Shown here piece by piece: positions 1 to 9,554 of a stretch of 64,000 bases of DNA; positions within the stretch are counted from its first letter, which is position 1, and every line of letters begins with the position of its first letter. The notes under the pieces were generated by a model. It was not told the DNA's origin, did no database searches, and worked only from the letters and a program-made list of their open reading frames with translations. The position numbers and the translations under genes were made by a program. This DNA comes from Patescibacteria group bacterium (lineage in GTDB: Bacteria > Patescibacteriota > Patescibacteriia > UBA2591 > UBA4787): NCBI GenBank assembly GCA_028715115.1, contig JAQUSN010000001.1, forward strand, positions 67,314-131,313, read 5' to 3'.

Positions 1-788
1 CCCCGGTCGAACCAATATAATGTCGTCTAATTTTATTTGATCAATAGAAACTATTTGCTCTTGATACTCACCATTAATTAAAATTAACTTGGTTGCTTCT
101 TTTGGCTGTAAACCGATTAAATTTTTAATGGCTTGGCTGGTCTTGCCTTTGGTTAAATTTTCTAAATAATCTCCTAGGGCGATAAAAACTAAAATAAAAA
201 CGGCACTTTCAAAATATATCTCAACCGATTTGTTCGTTAATCGGCCAAAAATAAATAATAAAGCAACAACCATACTGTATAAATAAGCCGCGCTAGTGCC
301 CAAGGCGATTAAAGAATCCATGTCGGGCCTCCGGCGCCACAAACCCAAAAACCCGGAACGATAAATTCTTCGATTAATGATAATAATTAAGGTTGCTAAA
401 ACCATTTCTATTAATAGCTCGACGGCCATTGAAAGCGGTAACCGCGGAAGGCCAAACATCATGCCCATAGTTAAATAAAGAATCGGTAAACTTAAAATTA
501 ATGAACCGATAAAGACATTTTTCAATTTTTTATTATTTTGCGCTTGCAGATGATCGGTATGGATAGACACCCCAACTTCATGTTCTATCGCCCGATAACC
601 AAGGGTGGCAATTAAATCCTTAATTAATTGCGCATTGCTTTGATTTGGCTCAAATTCTACTAAGACCGTTTCTTGGGCAAAATTAACACTCACCGATTTT
701 ATGCCAGCCTGCCGGCCTAAAAACTGCTCAATATTAACCGCGCAGGAAGCGCAGTGCATGCCAATAATTTTAAATATTTTTTTCATAT
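1..788 (-). CDS. copA: Heavy-metal (copper) translocating P1B-type ATPase, 5' (N-terminal) part only; gene continues leftward past window start
   Basis: Reverse translation from ATG at 788 gives MKKIFKIIGMHCASCAVNIE..., an HMA domain with the GMxCxxC motif followed by several TM helices; no stop before position 1. Sits downstream of csoR in the same orientation. Confidence 0.8.
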
Positions 789-791
789 AGA

Positions 792-1394
792 TTATTTGGT
801 TGTCTTGGCAGGATATTCTTTAAAAATACCAGCCGACAATAACTGGTCAACCGAGGTTTGCTGCGGATCGTATTTAACTTCAAAACGATTAGGCAAACTA
901 AAATAAATAGTTCCCACTCCTTTTATTTTTTGTAATTCGCTAATAATCAAAGAGCTATGTCCCGAACAAGGAATATCTACCTGAAGAATTACCGAATTGC
1001 TTTGAGCTAAAACCTGGCCGTTTTGGTTAACATTGGCTACTAACGGAAAAACAACTAAAAATAATAATAAATTAATGCCAATGGTAGTACCATAAAGGGT
1101 CAATAAGTATTTCCATTTTCTTTTAATACCTAAGCGCGAAGCTGCCTTATGGCGCCTAAGATAAAACACGGCCGATAGAGTAGCGAAAACCAAAGACAGA
1201 CCGATTAGGATGTAGAAAAAATATCGATTAAGCAATAACGCTCGAAAAACTGAAGTAAAAATTGTCACGCCCAGCACAGAAAAAATAATAAAAATCAAAC
1301 ATGGAATATGAGGGAAGGCCCCGAAAAGAGCTCCCTGCCAAAAACCTTTTTTGTTTGAATTTGGCTCTTGGCAACAATTATTATGTATATTCAT
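792..1394 (-). CDS. Membrane protein with C-terminal HMA-like (ferredoxin-fold metal-binding-like) domain; putative metal-handling accessory protein
   Basis: 200 aa ORF with 3-4 hydrophobic helices and a C-terminal ~70 aa segment (VILQVDIPCSGHSSLI...GVGTIYFSLPNRFEVKYDP) resembling a heavy-metal-associated fold. Lies between csoR and copA. Confidence 0.4.
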   Translation of the reverse strand: MNIHNNCCQEPNSNKKGFWQGALFGAFPHIPCLIFIIFSVLGVTIFTSVFRALLLNRYFFYILIGLSLVFATLSAVFYLRRHKAASRLGIKRKWKYLLTLYGTTIGINLLLFLVVFPLVANVNQNGQVLAQSNSVILQVDIPCSGHSSLIISELQKIKGVGTIYFSLPNRFEVKYDPQQTSVDQLLSAGIFKEYPAKTTK

Positions 1395-1412
1395 AAAATT
1401 TTTATTAAAAAA

Positions 1413-1691
1413 TTAACAATTATGATTTGTAGTAAAAATTGTCAATAATTCTTTGATCATTTTCTTGCGCGCCTGCTCATTGTTACTTTTAATGACTGTG
1501 GTAACACAAGTATTAAGATGATTAGCTAGAATAATATCATTTACTTTTCTTAGGGCGGCAATGACAGCTAAATTTTGTTTAATAACATTTATGCAATAAA
1601 CATCATCGGCAACCATCTGCCGGACACCCTCTAGGTGTCCTTTTAAATAATTCATGCGGTTTAGAACTTGTTTTTTAATGATGCTTTTCAT
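1413..1691 (-). CDS. csoR: CsoR/RcnR/FrmR-family metal-sensing transcriptional repressor
   Basis: 92 aa; LNRMNYLKGHLEGVRQMVADDVYCINVIKQNLAVIAALRKVNDIILANHL matches the DUF156 CsoR signature with conserved Cys/His positions; first gene of a csoR-X-copA operon. Confidence 0.8.
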   Translation of the reverse strand: MKSIIKKQVLNRMNYLKGHLEGVRQMVADDVYCINVIKQNLAVIAALRKVNDIILANHLNTCVTTVIKSNNEQARKKMIKELLTIFTTNHNC

Positions 1692-1729
1692 AGATTAATA
1701 ATTAAATTTTAATTTTTATTTTTATTCAT

Positions 1730-1742
1730 ACCCCCTGGGGGT
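1730..1742. promoter_or_regulatory. Candidate CsoR operator: perfect GC-rich palindrome ACCCCC-T-GGGGGT just upstream of csoR
   Basis: ACCCCCTGGGGGT at 1730-1742 in an otherwise AT-rich promoter region about 40 bp upstream of the csoR start; CsoR operators in Bacillus and Mycobacterium are G/C-tract pseudo-palindromes of this type. Confidence 0.5.
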
Positions 1743-1813
1743 GGGTCTATTATATAACTAAAAATAAAATAGGCAACGTTTGCCTGTGGATAAACTAAAC
1801 AAAACTATATTAA

Positions 1814-3019
1814 TTATTCGGAACAATTATTACAAAAACTGGCTGATTGCATTTCCCGACAAATATGGCATATTTCTTTGGCGTTTAAAGCGCGATTATA
1901 AATGCGCATATCATCAACAAGGCCGTTCGCATAATAACTTGAACCAAATTTCCCCGTTAGAAACTTTGATGGGCCACTCGCCAATGCGCCAGATGCCGCC
2001 GTGGGTGCTCCCGAAGCCCCATTTACATAAGCAGTTAAAAACGATCCATCCCAAACCATAACAATATGAGAGAATACAGTAGTGTCGGAAATTGAAGCAG
2101 TGGCATTTTTACTAACACCGTCCACATTAACCGTGGTGAGTATTGATGATCCCGCCTTTGGAATAAGAAATAAATTATAGCCTCCACTTCCATTAATAGC
2201 TGCAGCTATCAGATGATGTGTGCTATTTGTGCCGCCAGAGTCTCTAAGTCGTTTCCACCATACACTTACCGTAAACGCAGAGGGCGTAGAAATAGCGCTA
2301 CTCGCCTGCACGTAATTTTTGTTGGTCCCGTCAAAGTTCAAACAGCCACCAGAACCGCACCCCGAAATTTGCCAAGTCGGTGGTGTAGCGCTTAATGTTC
2401 CGTTATTGCCCGAACCCGAGTCATCCACTGTCGTTGCTCCGGCTCCACCCGTCCCCTCTTCAAAATTCCACCAGCCCAATAAACTAGAATAATTTGGATC
2501 AAGATTTGAAAGTCCGCTTGATGGCCAAACAGACTTGTAGGCAGAAAGAAGAATGGAAGAAAAACTAGAATAAGCTTCAAAGAATTGAGGATAGAGGCCT
2601 CCGTCGCCCTGAGAAGAGGTATAGCTAGAAGATGACTCTAATTTAGCAGCTATTCTGAAATTTGTGCCATCTGAGTTATATAGATAACACTGCTGATTAG
2701 GTAGAGGGTCATTAGGAATATTAGGTATTTGGGCTAAAAGGTTGGTACACCAGGCCGGAGGAGAATCAGCCACGCAAGTAGACAGACAAGCAGTAGCAGT
2801 GGGATTAGGATAGGCGCTGTTAGTGGCATAGGCTAATTCCAAGGCATTGGCAATCTGTTTAAGATCTGCCATGCGTCTCGCGTCCCTAGACTTAGCTCGA
2901 GCAGCGCTAAAGCCGGGAACCGCAAAGGCCACCAAAAGACCGATAATAGCCACGACAATGAGTAATTCAACGAGAGTAAAGGAGTGTCGAGAAAAATCAG
3001 ATTTTTCTAAACTTAACAT
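1814..3019 (-). CDS. Type IV pilin-like protein with C-terminal LamG (concanavalin A-like lectin) domain
   Basis: N-terminus ...SRHS/FTLVELLIVVAIIGLLVAFAVP is a class III prepilin leader plus the hydrophobic N-terminal helix (N-methylation motif). The C-terminal segment resembles a LamG/ConA-like domain. Confidence 0.65.
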   Translation of the reverse strand: MLSLEKSDFSRHSFTLVELLIVVAIIGLLVAFAVPGFSAARAKSRDARRMADLKQIANALELAYATNSAYPNPTATACLSTCVADSPPAWCTNLLAQIPNIPNDPLPNQQCYLYNSDGTNFRIAAKLESSSSYTSSQGDGGLYPQFFEAYSSFSSILLSAYKSVWPSSGLSNLDPNYSSLLGWWNFEEGTGGAGATTVDDSGSGNNGTLSATPPTWQISGCGSGGCLNFDGTNKNYVQASSAISTPSAFTVSVWWKRLRDSGGTNSTHHLIAAAINGSGGYNLFLIPKAGSSILTTVNVDGVSKNATASISDTTVFSHIVMVWDGSFLTAYVNGASGAPTAASGALASGPSKFLTGKFGSSYYANGLVDDMRIYNRALNAKEICHICREMQSASFCNNCSE

Positions 3020-3033
3020 AGATATTAAATATT

Positions 3034-5415
3034 TTATTTCTTCAGAGCCATGGTGGTTTTAATGACCGTGTCTGGATTAAGAGAGATGGAATCAATCCCT
3101 TCTTTGACTAAAAATTTAGCAAAATCAGGAAAGTCCGACGGCGCTTGTCCGCAAATACCAACTTTGCGCTTATATTGATGGGCGATTTTTATTAACTGAC
3201 GGATTAAAATTTTAACTGCCTCATTTTTTTCATTAGCAATGTGTGAAATTATCCCTGAATCGCGATCAAGCCCTAACGTCAACTGAGCCAGATCATTAGA
3301 GCCGATCGAAAACCCGTCAAAAATCTTACTAAACTCTTCGGCTAAAATTATATTTGACGGAATTTCTGCCATCACATAAACCTTAAGCGGTTTTAGTCCT
3401 GCTTTCTGCTTTTTTAACCCATGAGCGTTAATAATCGAAATAACTTTTTGGCCCTCTTCAATCGTTCGACAAAACGGCACCATGGCGATAACGTTGTCTA
3501 ACCCGAAAATTTCGCGAACTTTTTTAATCGCCCGGCATTCAAGATCAAAGGCTGCTTTAAATTTTTGATCATAATATCTTGAAGCGCCGCGCCAACCAAT
3601 CATCGGATTCTGCTCAACTGGTTCAAATAATTTTCCGCCAATTAAGTTGGCATATTCATTGCTCTTGAAATCAGAAAAGCGAACGATCACGTCTTTGGGA
3701 TAAAACGCAGCAGCAATACGGCCAATGCCTTCGGCTAATTTGTCGACGTAAAATTGAGTTTTATTGCTATAGCCAGCCGTAATTTGCTTGACTTGTTTTT
3801 TAACCGAGGCTGGCATTTTAGAAAAATTAAGCAAAGCCAGCGGATGAATACCGATATAATTATTAATAATAAATTCTTCTCTGGCTAATCCAACACCGTC
3901 ACTCGGAATAAAAGAAAAATTAAAGGCCTGATCTGGTTCGCCCACATTCATCATAATTTTAACTTTTGGCCGATATAAACCCTTAAGAGAGGTTTTTTTA
4001 ATTGTAAAGGGCAAAATTCCTTGGTAGATGATTCCTCGCTCGCCCTCAGCGCAACTAACTGTTACTTTTTGTCCAGAACGCAAAATTTGAGTCGCCTTAG
4101 TGCTGCCAACCACACAAGGAACACCAAGTTCGCGCGACACAATTGCCGCATGACAAGTCCGACCGCCTTCGTCAGTGATAATCGCCTTAGCCATTTTCAT
4201 AACCGGCACCCAATCTGGATCGGTCATCTTGGTCACTAAAATTTGCCCTGGCTTAAACTGTTCGATTTCTTTGACGTTCTTTATTACCCTGATTTCGCCC
4301 TGACCGATTTTTGAACCAATGGCAATGCCTTCTAATAAAACTTTTTTATTTTTTGCGGATTTGTCAAAAACATATTCTTCCAAAACGTTAACGTTTTTCT
4401 TGGATTGGACCGTCTCTGGCCGGGCCTGAATAATATATAAACTTTTATCATGGCCATCTTTTGCCCATTCGATATCCATCGGCCGGCCATAGTGTTTTTC
4501 TATGGTTATTGAATAACGAGCTAGTTCTAAAATTTCTGAATCAGTGAGAGTAAATTTTTGCCTTTTATCAATAGGTGTCGTTAAATTTTTAGTCGGCCGA
4601 CCTGATGCTTTATTGTAAATCATGGTCACTTCTTTGCTGCCCAATTTCCTTTTAATAATTGGCTGATAGCCCTTTGTTAATAACGGTTCGTAAACCATAA
4701 ATTCATCAGGCGTAACGCGCCCCTTAACAATATTCTCGCCCAGGCCCCAAGAAGAATTAATTACGGTCACGTCGGCAAAGCCAGATTCTGTATCGCAAGA
4801 AAACATCACGCCAGAATAGGCCAGGTCAGAGCGAACCATTTTTTGCACGCCAACCGATAACGCGGTTTTAAGATGATCAAATCCTTGTTCCACGCGATAG
4901 ACAATTGCTCGGTCGGTAAATAACGAAGCAATGCAAAGACGAACTGCCTTTAGAACTTCTCCTTCTCCGGAAATATTCAAATAAGATTCTTGGGCTCCGG
5001 CAAAAGAGGCGCCCGGCAAGTCTTCGGCCGTAGCCGAACTACGCACGGCGACATCCAAATTTTCCGTATCATATTTTTTTGATAACTGCCGATAATATTT
5101 TAAAACTTCTTTGGTTAATTTTTCTGGCAAAGGAGTGGCAGAAATCATCTGGCGGATGGTTTTGCCTCGATAGGCCAAATCTTTCAAATTTTTTATATCG
5201 AGGCCGGTTAGTGCTTTTTTTATTTTTTTATCTAAACCGGTTTGTGCTAAAAAATATCGATAAGCCTCGGCAGTTGTCGCGAATCCGTCTGGCACTCGCA
5301 AACCATGTTTAGTTAATTGCGTAAACATTTCTCCAAGAGATGCATTTTTACCGCCCACCCTAGAGATGTCCTTAATTCTTAGATTCTTAAATGGTAAAAC
5401 AAAATCTTTTGACAT
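3034..5415 (-). CDS. ppsA: Phosphoenolpyruvate synthase (pyruvate, water dikinase)
   Basis: 793 aa; N-terminal ATP-grasp region with GGKNASLGEM, central phosphohistidine domain (GGRTCHAAIVSRELGVPCVVG) and C-terminal PEP-utilising TIM barrel; typical length and order. Confidence 0.9.
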   Translation of the reverse strand: MSKDFVLPFKNLRIKDISRVGGKNASLGEMFTQLTKHGLRVPDGFATTAEAYRYFLAQTGLDKKIKKALTGLDIKNLKDLAYRGKTIRQMISATPLPEKLTKEVLKYYRQLSKKYDTENLDVAVRSSATAEDLPGASFAGAQESYLNISGEGEVLKAVRLCIASLFTDRAIVYRVEQGFDHLKTALSVGVQKMVRSDLAYSGVMFSCDTESGFADVTVINSSWGLGENIVKGRVTPDEFMVYEPLLTKGYQPIIKRKLGSKEVTMIYNKASGRPTKNLTTPIDKRQKFTLTDSEILELARYSITIEKHYGRPMDIEWAKDGHDKSLYIIQARPETVQSKKNVNVLEEYVFDKSAKNKKVLLEGIAIGSKIGQGEIRVIKNVKEIEQFKPGQILVTKMTDPDWVPVMKMAKAIITDEGGRTCHAAIVSRELGVPCVVGSTKATQILRSGQKVTVSCAEGERGIIYQGILPFTIKKTSLKGLYRPKVKIMMNVGEPDQAFNFSFIPSDGVGLAREEFIINNYIGIHPLALLNFSKMPASVKKQVKQITAGYSNKTQFYVDKLAEGIGRIAAAFYPKDVIVRFSDFKSNEYANLIGGKLFEPVEQNPMIGWRGASRYYDQKFKAAFDLECRAIKKVREIFGLDNVIAMVPFCRTIEEGQKVISIINAHGLKKQKAGLKPLKVYVMAEIPSNIILAEEFSKIFDGFSIGSNDLAQLTLGLDRDSGIISHIANEKNEAVKILIRQLIKIAHQYKRKVGICGQAPSDFPDFAKFLVKEGIDSISLNPDTVIKTTMALKK

Positions 5416-5417
5416 AT

Positions 5418-5750
5418 TTAATCCAAATTAATTTTTTTAGATAAAAAACTAAGCAACGGCAATTTCCATTTTTTACCAGCTAGCGCGGCAAAAAATCCAA
5501 TAACAGAAAATATTAAACAAAGAAACCAGCCCAAAATACCAATTATCCAACCAAAAATCGGGAAAACGAAAATAAAAGTAAAAATGATTTCAGCAATTAA
5601 AAGGGCCAAACCTTGGCGTAAATGATGCTTAATAAAATCGCTGCGTTGTTTTAACCCGAAGGGGATAATAACTAAAACGCCCAAATAAGAAATCGCGACC
5701 CAAAGAACATCTCGACCGCTTACTTTTACTTTGTTGGTTGTTTCGGTCAT
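5418..5750 (-). CDS. Small integral membrane protein (DUF4870-like, two TM helices)
   Basis: 110 aa with two long hydrophobic helices; ATGA overlap with ppsA suggests translational coupling. Confidence 0.4.
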   Translation of the reverse strand: MTETTNKVKVSGRDVLWVAISYLGVLVIIPFGLKQRSDFIKHHLRQGLALLIAEIIFTFIFVFPIFGWIIGILGWFLCLIFSVIGFFAALAGKKWKLPLLSFLSKKINLD

Positions 5751-5898
5751 AAAAATAATGATTACGAATTAATGAAATACAACATATCTTATTATAGCAG
5801 TCTTCTTTTAAAAAAACAATATTTCATTGACAAAAATTTACTTTTATATATCATATAAATACGCGTCTCTAGTGGTTGTAATAACTTAAGGAGAGCAA

Positions 5899-6258
5899 AT
5901 GGCGCGAAAAGCAACACCAACAAAACGAGTCCCGCCAATGGCCGGCTGCCAGAAGGTCAGCTTCGTCAGCAGCAGCGGTACCAACTGGGAAGACCTGTTC
6001 AAAGAAGGAGGGATGATCTTGTCCCTTCATCGCCCAGGAAGACGTGCCTCGGCCGCCCTTCGCCTGGTAAGCGTCCTCGACATCCCTCGCACTCAAGCGC
6101 CGATTATCGTAGTCCTGAGACCGGCGAACGAAACCGAGGACACGCTTATTCCCGGCTTTGTCTGGCCGGCATTTCCTTCGCAAGGATCAGACGGACCCAT
6201 CCGCATCAAGGGGTGCCTGCTCGTCCCAGACAACTACACAGACAAACTCAACCTCTAG
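5899..6258 (+). CDS. Hypothetical protein encoded in GC-rich island 1
   Basis: 119 aa ORF; AAGGAG RBS 5 nt before the ATG; TTGACA-type -35 upstream; followed by a strong intrinsic terminator. Coding GC about 57% by eye versus about 35% in the flanks. The minus-strand ORF 5869-6183 overlaps it and was judged spurious. Confidence 0.4.
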   Translation: MARKATPTKRVPPMAGCQKVSFVSSSGTNWEDLFKEGGMILSLHRPGRRASAALRLVSVLDIPRTQAPIIVVLRPANETEDTLIPGFVWPAFPSQGSDGPIRIKGCLLVPDNYTDKLNL

Positions 6259-6307
6259 GCGTACACCGATCAGACAAGGAGGACCAGTCCAGCGTGTATC
6301 CATTCTA

Positions 6308-6344
6308 GCCCGCCGCAGCTTATCTGCGGCGGGCCTTATTATTT
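6308..6344 (+). terminator. Intrinsic terminator (GCCCGCCGCAG-CTTAT-CTGCGGCGGGC + T-run)
   Basis: Perfect 11 bp GC stem, 5 nt loop, then CTTATTATTT. Confidence 0.65.
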
Positions 6345-6359
6345 AAAAAAATATCAATC

Positions 6360-6388
6360 TTGACAAATCACTAAAATTTTGCTACAAT
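6360..6388 (+). promoter_or_regulatory. Consensus sigma70-type promoter TTGACA-N17-TACAAT
   Basis: TTGACA at 6360-6365, 17 nt spacer, TACAAT at 6383-6388; AAAGGAGG RBS at 6411-6418 then GTG start at 6424. Confidence 0.65.
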
Positions 6389-6423
6389 TACAATATAAGC
6401 ACACAAACCAAAGGAGGAATGCC

Positions 6424-6888
6424 GTGAGAAAAACGCTTGTGGCCGTAAGCCTCGTCTGCCTTCTGACCGTCCCGACCTTCGGGTTCGACGTGGTCAAATT
6501 GACCATGTGCAGCGGTCAACCGGCCAACTTCAAGGCTGCCACTACCCTGTTCGGACCGCTGATGGCCAGGATCGGCATCCCGATCCCAGCCAAGCCTATG
6601 TCCATCAACTTGGGTCTTGGAGCCATGTTCCGGATCCAAATGAACCAGAACAGCGTCTTGAGTCTCAATCCGCTCATCGCTATGACGGTGAGCGATACCT
6701 CGCAGGGCCCAACGCCCTACGTACCGCTCATCTCATCAGACAACGTCTTGAGCCTCTGCCTCGGCAAGACAACCGGGCCAGAGTTCGAAACAAAGTTCGC
6801 GGCCGACTACTGCCTGACCGCAGCGCCGGGCGATCCCAAGATCGTTCCCTCCGGATATCTCTTCGGACTCCAACGACTCAACGGCTGA
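6424..6888 (+). CDS. Secreted hypothetical protein (signal peptide) in GC-rich island 1
   Basis: GTG start 5 nt after AAAGGAGG; N-terminus VRKTLVAVSLVCLLTVPTFG is a signal peptide. The six-frame ORF track opens at an upstream ATG (6379) that lies before the RBS. After the TGA at 6886 the same frame stays open for 61 further codons. Confidence 0.5.
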   Translation: MRKTLVAVSLVCLLTVPTFGFDVVKLTMCSGQPANFKAATTLFGPLMARIGIPIPAKPMSINLGLGAMFRIQMNQNSVLSLNPLIAMTVSDTSQGPTPYVPLISSDNVLSLCLGKTTGPEFETKFAADYCLTAAPGDPKIVPSGYLFGLQRLNG

Positions 6889-7096
6889 GCCGTTGGCGCA
6901 CAAGCCGACGCTAAGTACAAGAAAGGATTGACGTTGTACGCCGGACCGCGAGCCGATCGGATCATCGGCAAGTTCAGGCTCTACTTCGCCTGGGAACGGC
7001 TCATTACCGCGCCCAGCGCGCCCACGCCCCCAAGTCAATGGACATGGAAGGCGGAAGGCAAGTACAGCTTCTGAACTAAGACCTCATCTTCACAGA

Positions 7097-7126
7097 GGGC
7101 GTCGCAAGACGCCCTTTAATTTTATT
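7097..7126 (+). terminator. Intrinsic terminator (GGGCGTC-GCAA-GACGCCC + TTTAATTTTATT)
   Basis: Perfect 7 bp GC stem followed by a T-rich tract; marks the right edge of GC-rich island 1. Confidence 0.55.
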
Positions 7127-7130
7127 AAAA

Positions 7131-7160
7131 CAAAAACGGGTTATAAAAACCCGTTTTTGC
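7131..7160 (-). terminator. Bidirectional hairpin AAAAACGGGTT-ataaa-AACCCGTTTTT; terminator for groEL
   Basis: Perfect palindrome flanked by an A-run and a T-run, 18 bp downstream of the groEL stop. Confidence 0.6.
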
Positions 7161-7177
7161 AAAAATTTTAATAATCT

Positions 7178-8815
7178 TTAATATTCTCCGCCAGGCAAGC
7201 CCATAGACGGCGCCGCATGATTATGTTTATCTTGTTTTTCGGGCAAATCAGTAACCACGGCTTCAGTAGTTAAAAGCAAGCCGGCAATCGAAGCAGCATT
7301 CTGTAAAGCAGTGCGGGTTACTTTGGCCGGATCAATAATACCGGCTACCACTAAATCCTCGAATTTATTTGAGGCGGCATTATAACCGAAATTACCCTTT
7401 TCTTGTTTTATTTTCTGCACTACCTCGCCCTCGTCTTCATAACCAGCATTATGCGCAATTTGCTTAATTGGCTCTTCTAGGGCTAACCTTAAAATATCTA
7501 TACCCAGTTTTTCTTCTCCTTCAAGCATAAGCGTATCAAGAACCGGCAAACAGCGAATCAAGGCTACTCCGCCGCCGACCACAATTCCTTCGGCCACGGC
7601 TGCTTTGGTTGCATGCACAGCGTCTTCAACTTTAAATTTCATTTCTTTCATTTCGGTTTCTGTCGCCGCGCCAACTTTAATCACGGCTACTCCACCGGAT
7701 AGCTTTGCCAGACGCTCTTGAAATTTTTCCCGATCAAAATCAGAAGTTGTTTTTTCTATTTCTTTTTTTAAATGACTAACGCGATCTTTAAGCGCTTGCT
7801 GATCGCCCTTACCCTCGACGATAGTTGTGTTGTCTTTGGTGGAAATAATTCGGCGGGCCTGGCCCAAATCTTCAATTCTAACTGATTCTAATTTTAAACC
7901 TAAATCTTCAGTAATAACCTTTCCGCCGGTTAAAATGGCAATATCTTGCAACATTTCTTTTTTGTTATCGCCAAAACCAGGCGCCTTAACTGCTAAAACA
8001 TTAAATACGCCTCTTAGTTTATTTAAAACTAAGGTGGTCAAAGCTTCTCCTTCAACCTCATCAGCAAAAATAACTAATTCTTTCTTGCCGGCTTGCAACA
8101 TTTTTTCTAAAAGCGGAACAATTTCATTAATAGCCGAAATTTTTTTGTCAGTAATGAGAATTAATGGATCGTTATATTCTGAAACCATTTTTTCAGTATT
8201 GGTAATCATATAGGGCGAGATATAGCCCCGGTCAAACTGCATGCCCTCGGTCACTTCCAGGGACATTTCAAAAGATTGTGAATCTTCCACGGTGATTACT
8301 CCATCTTTACCGACCTTGGCCATGGCTTGGGAAATAATTTTACCGATATTAACGTCACTAGCTGAAATAGAAGCCACTTGTTCGATTTCTTCTGGGGTGG
8401 AAACCGGTTTAGCAATTTTTTCTTTTAATTCTTTAACTACTGCGGCCACACCCTTTTCAATCCCACGGCGAATTAGTATGGGGTTAGAGCCAGCCGTGAC
8501 GCTTTTTAGGCCTTGGCTGAAAATCGCTTGCGCCAAAACTACAGCTGTGGTCGTACCATCTCCTGCCACATCATTAGTTTTCGAGGCCGCCTCTTGTAAT
8601 AGTTGCGCTCCGGCATTTTCGAATCTATCCTCAAGCTCAATTTCTTTGGCTACGGTCACGCCATCGTTAGTAATGGTCGGCGAACCATAACCCTTATCTA
8701 GGGCTATGTTGCGACCCTTGGGGCCTAAGGTAATTTTTACGGCCGCGGCTAATTTATCAATGCCGCGCTTCATGGCCGTACGAGCCTCTTCGTTAAATAA
8801 AATTTGTTTTGCCAT
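7178..8815 (-). CDS. groEL: Chaperonin GroEL (Cpn60)
   Basis: 545 aa; [41 protein letters not shown]...[15 protein letters not shown] are canonical GroEL motifs. Confidence 0.95.
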   Translation of the reverse strand: MAKQILFNEEARTAMKRGIDKLAAAVKITLGPKGRNIALDKGYGSPTITNDGVTVAKEIELEDRFENAGAQLLQEAASKTNDVAGDGTTTAVVLAQAIFSQGLKSVTAGSNPILIRRGIEKGVAAVVKELKEKIAKPVSTPEEIEQVASISASDVNIGKIISQAMAKVGKDGVITVEDSQSFEMSLEVTEGMQFDRGYISPYMITNTEKMVSEYNDPLILITDKKISAINEIVPLLEKMLQAGKKELVIFADEVEGEALTTLVLNKLRGVFNVLAVKAPGFGDNKKEMLQDIAILTGGKVITEDLGLKLESVRIEDLGQARRIISTKDNTTIVEGKGDQQALKDRVSHLKKEIEKTTSDFDREKFQERLAKLSGGVAVIKVGAATETEMKEMKFKVEDAVHATKAAVAEGIVVGGGVALIRCLPVLDTLMLEGEEKLGIDILRLALEEPIKQIAHNAGYEDEGEVVQKIKQEKGNFGYNAASNKFEDLVVAGIIDPAKVTRTALQNAASIAGLLLTTEAVVTDLPEKQDKHNHAAPSMGLPGGEY

Positions 8816-8835
8816 AAATGTTAGAAGTTTACGAG

Positions 8836-9126
8836 TTATGAAATAATTGCTAAAATTTTGTCTTCGCTAACAATAATAAATTCTTCTTTGTTTATTTTTA
8901 TTTCTTCGCCGCCATATTTATCGAAAATCACTTTGTCGCCAGGCTTTACGCTCATCGGTGCACGCGAACCATTGTCTAATAATTTACCGGGGCCGACGGC
9001 AACAACCTCGCCCTTGTCGGATTTTTCTTCGGCTGTTTGCGGTAAAAAAATGCCAGCTGCGGTTTTTTCGTTCTCTTTGAGCGGCTTAATTAAAACTCTA
9101 TCATTAATGGGTTGTAGATTTGACAT
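8836..9126 (-). CDS. groES: Co-chaperonin GroES (Cpn10)
   Basis: 96 aa; [26 protein letters not shown]...GEVVAVGPG is the GroES signature; immediately upstream of groEL. Confidence 0.9.
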   Translation of the reverse strand: MSNLQPINDRVLIKPLKENEKTAAGIFLPQTAEEKSDKGEVVAVGPGKLLDNGSRAPMSVKPGDKVIFDKYGGEEIKINKEEFIIVSEDKILAIIS

Positions 9127-9229
9127 AAAACTTCCTTTTAAAAATTAAATTGGCGTTCATTGCCTATTATTAATTATTATAAACTATTTTAAAACCATGT
9201 CTAGGGTTCTGCGTTTATGGCCCTCTTTC

Positions 9230-9257
9230 TTGACGCTAAAAAATATCGTGCTATAAT
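9230..9257 (+). promoter_or_regulatory. Promoter TTGACG-N16-TGcTATAAT (extended -10) for secG
   Basis: TTGACG at 9230-9235; TG at 9249-9250 then TATAAT at 9252-9257; the secG ATG is at 9289. Confidence 0.5.
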
Positions 9258-9288
9258 GAAATAGCTTAAAAATTAATCCTTTATTATT

Positions 9289-9507
9289 ATGACTAAATAT
9301 CTGGATATTGCTCAAATTATAGTAACCGCCCTGCTTGTTATTTCTGTTTTATTGCAATCTCGCGGCAGCGGTTTATCGTCTCTTCTTGGTGGCGGTGGGG
9401 AGTTTTATAGCACTAGGCGCGGCCTGGAAAAAAAGATCTTCATTGCTACTGTTGTTTTGGCTGTCATTTTCTTAGGCTTAGGCGTCGCTCGCTTGCTCAT
9501 AAGGTAA
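9289..9507 (+). CDS. secG: Preprotein translocase subunit SecG
   Basis: 72 aa; two TM helices separated by the Gly-rich LLGGGGEF loop; typical SecG size and LLQ motif. Confidence 0.7.
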   Translation: MTKYLDIAQIIVTALLVISVLLQSRGSGLSSLLGGGGEFYSTRRGLEKKIFIATVVLAVIFLGLGVARLLIR

Positions 9508-9554
9508 AGAATATTAAACTCTTTATTGTCTGGGCTCGCTTAATAATAAACACT

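Noticed and set aside
2213-5312. Small antisense or embedded ORFs (2213-2395, 2392-2580, 2847-3062, 4021-4239, 5079-5312)
   Set aside because: They lie within or antisense to well-supported genes (pilin, ppsA), have no RBS and show biased low-complexity composition, so they are chance ORFs. The same applies to comparable 60-150 aa ORFs antisense to groEL, the S-layer gene, gpmI, eno, the LamG protein and the LTD protein.
5869-6183. Minus-strand 104 aa ORF overlapping the island 1 gene
   Set aside because: GC-rich DNA yields long open frames on several strands. The plus-strand ORF has the RBS, the promoter and a correctly oriented terminator; the minus-strand ORF has none of these.
9127-9230. 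CIRCE/HrcA operator upstream of groES
   Set aside because: No TTAGCACTC-N9-GAGTGCTAA-like inverted repeat is found in the groES upstream region.
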